From positions 72,788,001 through 72,852,000 of the forward strand of contig NC_043000.1 in the NCBI RefSeq assembly GCF_006345805.1: a stretch of DNA of 64,000 nt, written 5' to 3'. This stretch comes from Octopus sinensis (lineage: Eukaryota). A program made the position numbers and the translations under genes. Below the pieces are notes generated by a model that did not search any database, was not told where the DNA came from, and saw only the letters and a list, made by a program, of their open reading frames with translations. Shown here piece after piece: positions 61,803-64,000 of this stretch (position 1 is the first letter of the stretch; each line of letters begins with the position of its first letter).

Positions 61803-64000
61803 GTATAAACAAACCATCAACACAAGGAAAAGGGATGGACCACGCACCACCTGCCCCAAAACGGAGGTACGCAGATGTGGTGCATGCCACAAACCGCCAA
61901 CATGATGTTGTTGAAAGGGCAGCTGCTGAGCAGCAATCTTGTTTGTGCATGGCACAAAAGATTGTACAGCAGCTGACCTGGCTTCATCAAACCAAGCTCG
62001 CAGGTGGGACTACCCACTATATACAAGACCACCACAGCAAACAGACCCAGGATGGACACCGCCCGGCAACAACATACACCTCACCTCGATGCTCCTACTG
62101 AACATCAGAGGACTGCAAACACTCAGTAACAGGACAAAAAATCCCGTTCTTGAGAGACTTTGTTGCATGCAATCAAGCCTTATGCATAGCACTTACGGAA
62201 ACGCACCTGAAACCGGACATAGCAGATGCGGAGTTACACATACCACAGTATGTTGTACTACGGACCGAAAGAAAAGAAAGGAGTCATGGAGGAGTTGCTA
62301 TGTACATCCGTGAGGACCTCACACCCCAGGTCCTCTTGTCATACTCAAACTCGGTGTGTGACACACTAATTGTACATATCAGGCAACTTGATGTAGTTGT
62401 GCGTGCTACATATCGCCCTCCAGATGCTCCAAGCCATGTGGGCAAGTTTGAAGACTGCCTTATAAAAATAGAAGAAGTTCTAAGCACATTAGAACAACAC
62501 ATAAGTGTACTTCTTATGGGAGACTTCAATCTACCCAATGTCAGATGGCCCGAGGGCCTTTCTCTCCCAGGAATGACAAGATGTGAACGAGGACAGGCGA
62601 GGTCCCTCCTGAACCTCATCAACACCCTGTACATGGAGCAAGTAATACTCCAACCAACCAGGGCAGGTAACACACTGGATCTCTGCTTCACAAATAATAT
62701 GGATCTCATCCATAATGTGAAAGTGACACCGACACTACTCTCGGATCACAACATGGTAGAGCTGACCAGTACGGGCCAAAAGAGAGCACGGACATGCAGC
62801 CTACAAGAAACCCTCAGAATCTTTCCAGCTTGAACTACCATAAGGCAAACTGGAAACAAATTGAGAAAGAGATCCTCAAACAAAACTGGCCTAAATGTCT
62901 CTCCTCGCCAGACATCGACGTGAAACTTCAACAATTCATGTCTGTAATGCAAGCCATATGCTACAAATGTGTCCCAGAGAGAAAGGCCACTGTACACAAG
63001 AACAAAATCCCCAGAGAGAGGAAAATTTTAATGAGACAGCGTACAAAAATTTCAAATCGCCTAAACAAACAGATTGAAAGCAGTGAAAAGTCCCGCCTAA
63101 AAATAAAACTGTTGGAAATTGAAAAATGTCTGCAACTCTCCCATGAAAAAGAAAGAGCAGACAAAGAAGCCTGGGCTATAGACAACATAAAATCTAACCC
63201 CAGAGCTTTCTACAGGTATGCCAAAGAAACAGCTACGGTGCACTGTAGAATAGGGCCACTCCTTGAAAAGGATGGCACCTTACAGGAAAACCAATGAGGG
63301 TAAGTGAAATACTGAATGAGAAATTCAAGAGTGTTTTCACTCACCCCTTCGGCATCTCCAAATCACCAATCCAACTGACTTCTTTACCACTGCAGATATA
63401 AAATCAGAGGCGGCGGCGACGATAGATTACATCGATATAAAGGAAGACGATGTAATAAAGGCTATAGATGAAATGAAAACAGACTCAGCTATGGTCCGAT
63501 GGATTCCCGGCAATCCTCCTAAAAGCATGTAAGAGAGTCCTAGCAAGACCACTGCAGTTCCTCTTTCAGAGCTTCCTTCCTTGCAGTGGCAAACTTCCAA
63601 GAAAACTGAAGGAAGGTAAAATATGCCCCATTCATAAAGGAGGTAGCAGAGCGGAGGCCAAGAACTACAGACCTATCTCTCTGGCCTCACACATCAGCAA
63701 GGTCATGGAACGAATAGTCAGAAGGAAACTGATCACCTTCCTTGAAGAAATGACTTGCTGCCCGACACCCAACATGGTTCCGACCAGGGAGAAGCTGTTT
63801 AACTCAGCTCCTACAACACTATGACTGGGTGCTGAAACGGCTGCTCAACCACTCAAATGTGGAAGTGATATATCTCGACTTTGCAAAGGCCTTTGATAAA
63901 GTCGATCATGGAATGATATGTCACTAACTGCGTGATCTCAACATAGTTGGAAAACTGGGAGAATGGCTTCATGACTTTCTGAAAGATAGAAGTCAGGTGG
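61801..64000 (+). mobile_element. CR1-type LINE (APE endonuclease plus RT), frameshifted, running off the window
   Basis: LLNIRGL, ALTETHL, GGVAMY, YRPP, MGDFNLP, GNTLDLCF, SDH; RT YRPISL, HGFRPGRSCLTQLL, YLDFAKAFDKVDH. Confidence 0.9.

Overview
Very AT-rich, repeat-dense eukaryotic DNA. The SINE, RTE and Penelope families look like those of octopod cephalopods (Octopus-like; inference). Two host genes sit head-to-head with only 98 bp between start codons. On the plus strand are exons 1-2 of CRPPA/ISPD (33581-33732, 47435-47595), a confident call. On the minus strand are two frame-compatible exons resembling the N-terminus of RNF113A/Cwc24 (33362-33482, 11346-11419). The rest is intronic or intergenic and filled with mobile elements: PHD-containing RTE LINEs, CR1-type LINEs, tRNA/CORE-type SINEs, Tc1 (DD34E), maT (DD37D), Merlin, piggyBac-type MITE, non-autonomous Helitrons, and at least two kinds of Penelope-like element (PLE). 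There are also kilobases of (TA)n-derived microsatellite. The most notable unannotated layer is about ten minimal type-I hammerhead-ribozyme motifs with palindromic stem III in PLE termini. One has a fully intact core and lies in sense orientation 135 nt upstream of CRPPA exon 2. Several long hairpins and palindromes are also present. Most short ORFs in the track are microsatellite or antisense artefacts. The right third of the window shows signs of uncorrected long-read indels. Boundaries of degenerate repeats are approximate.
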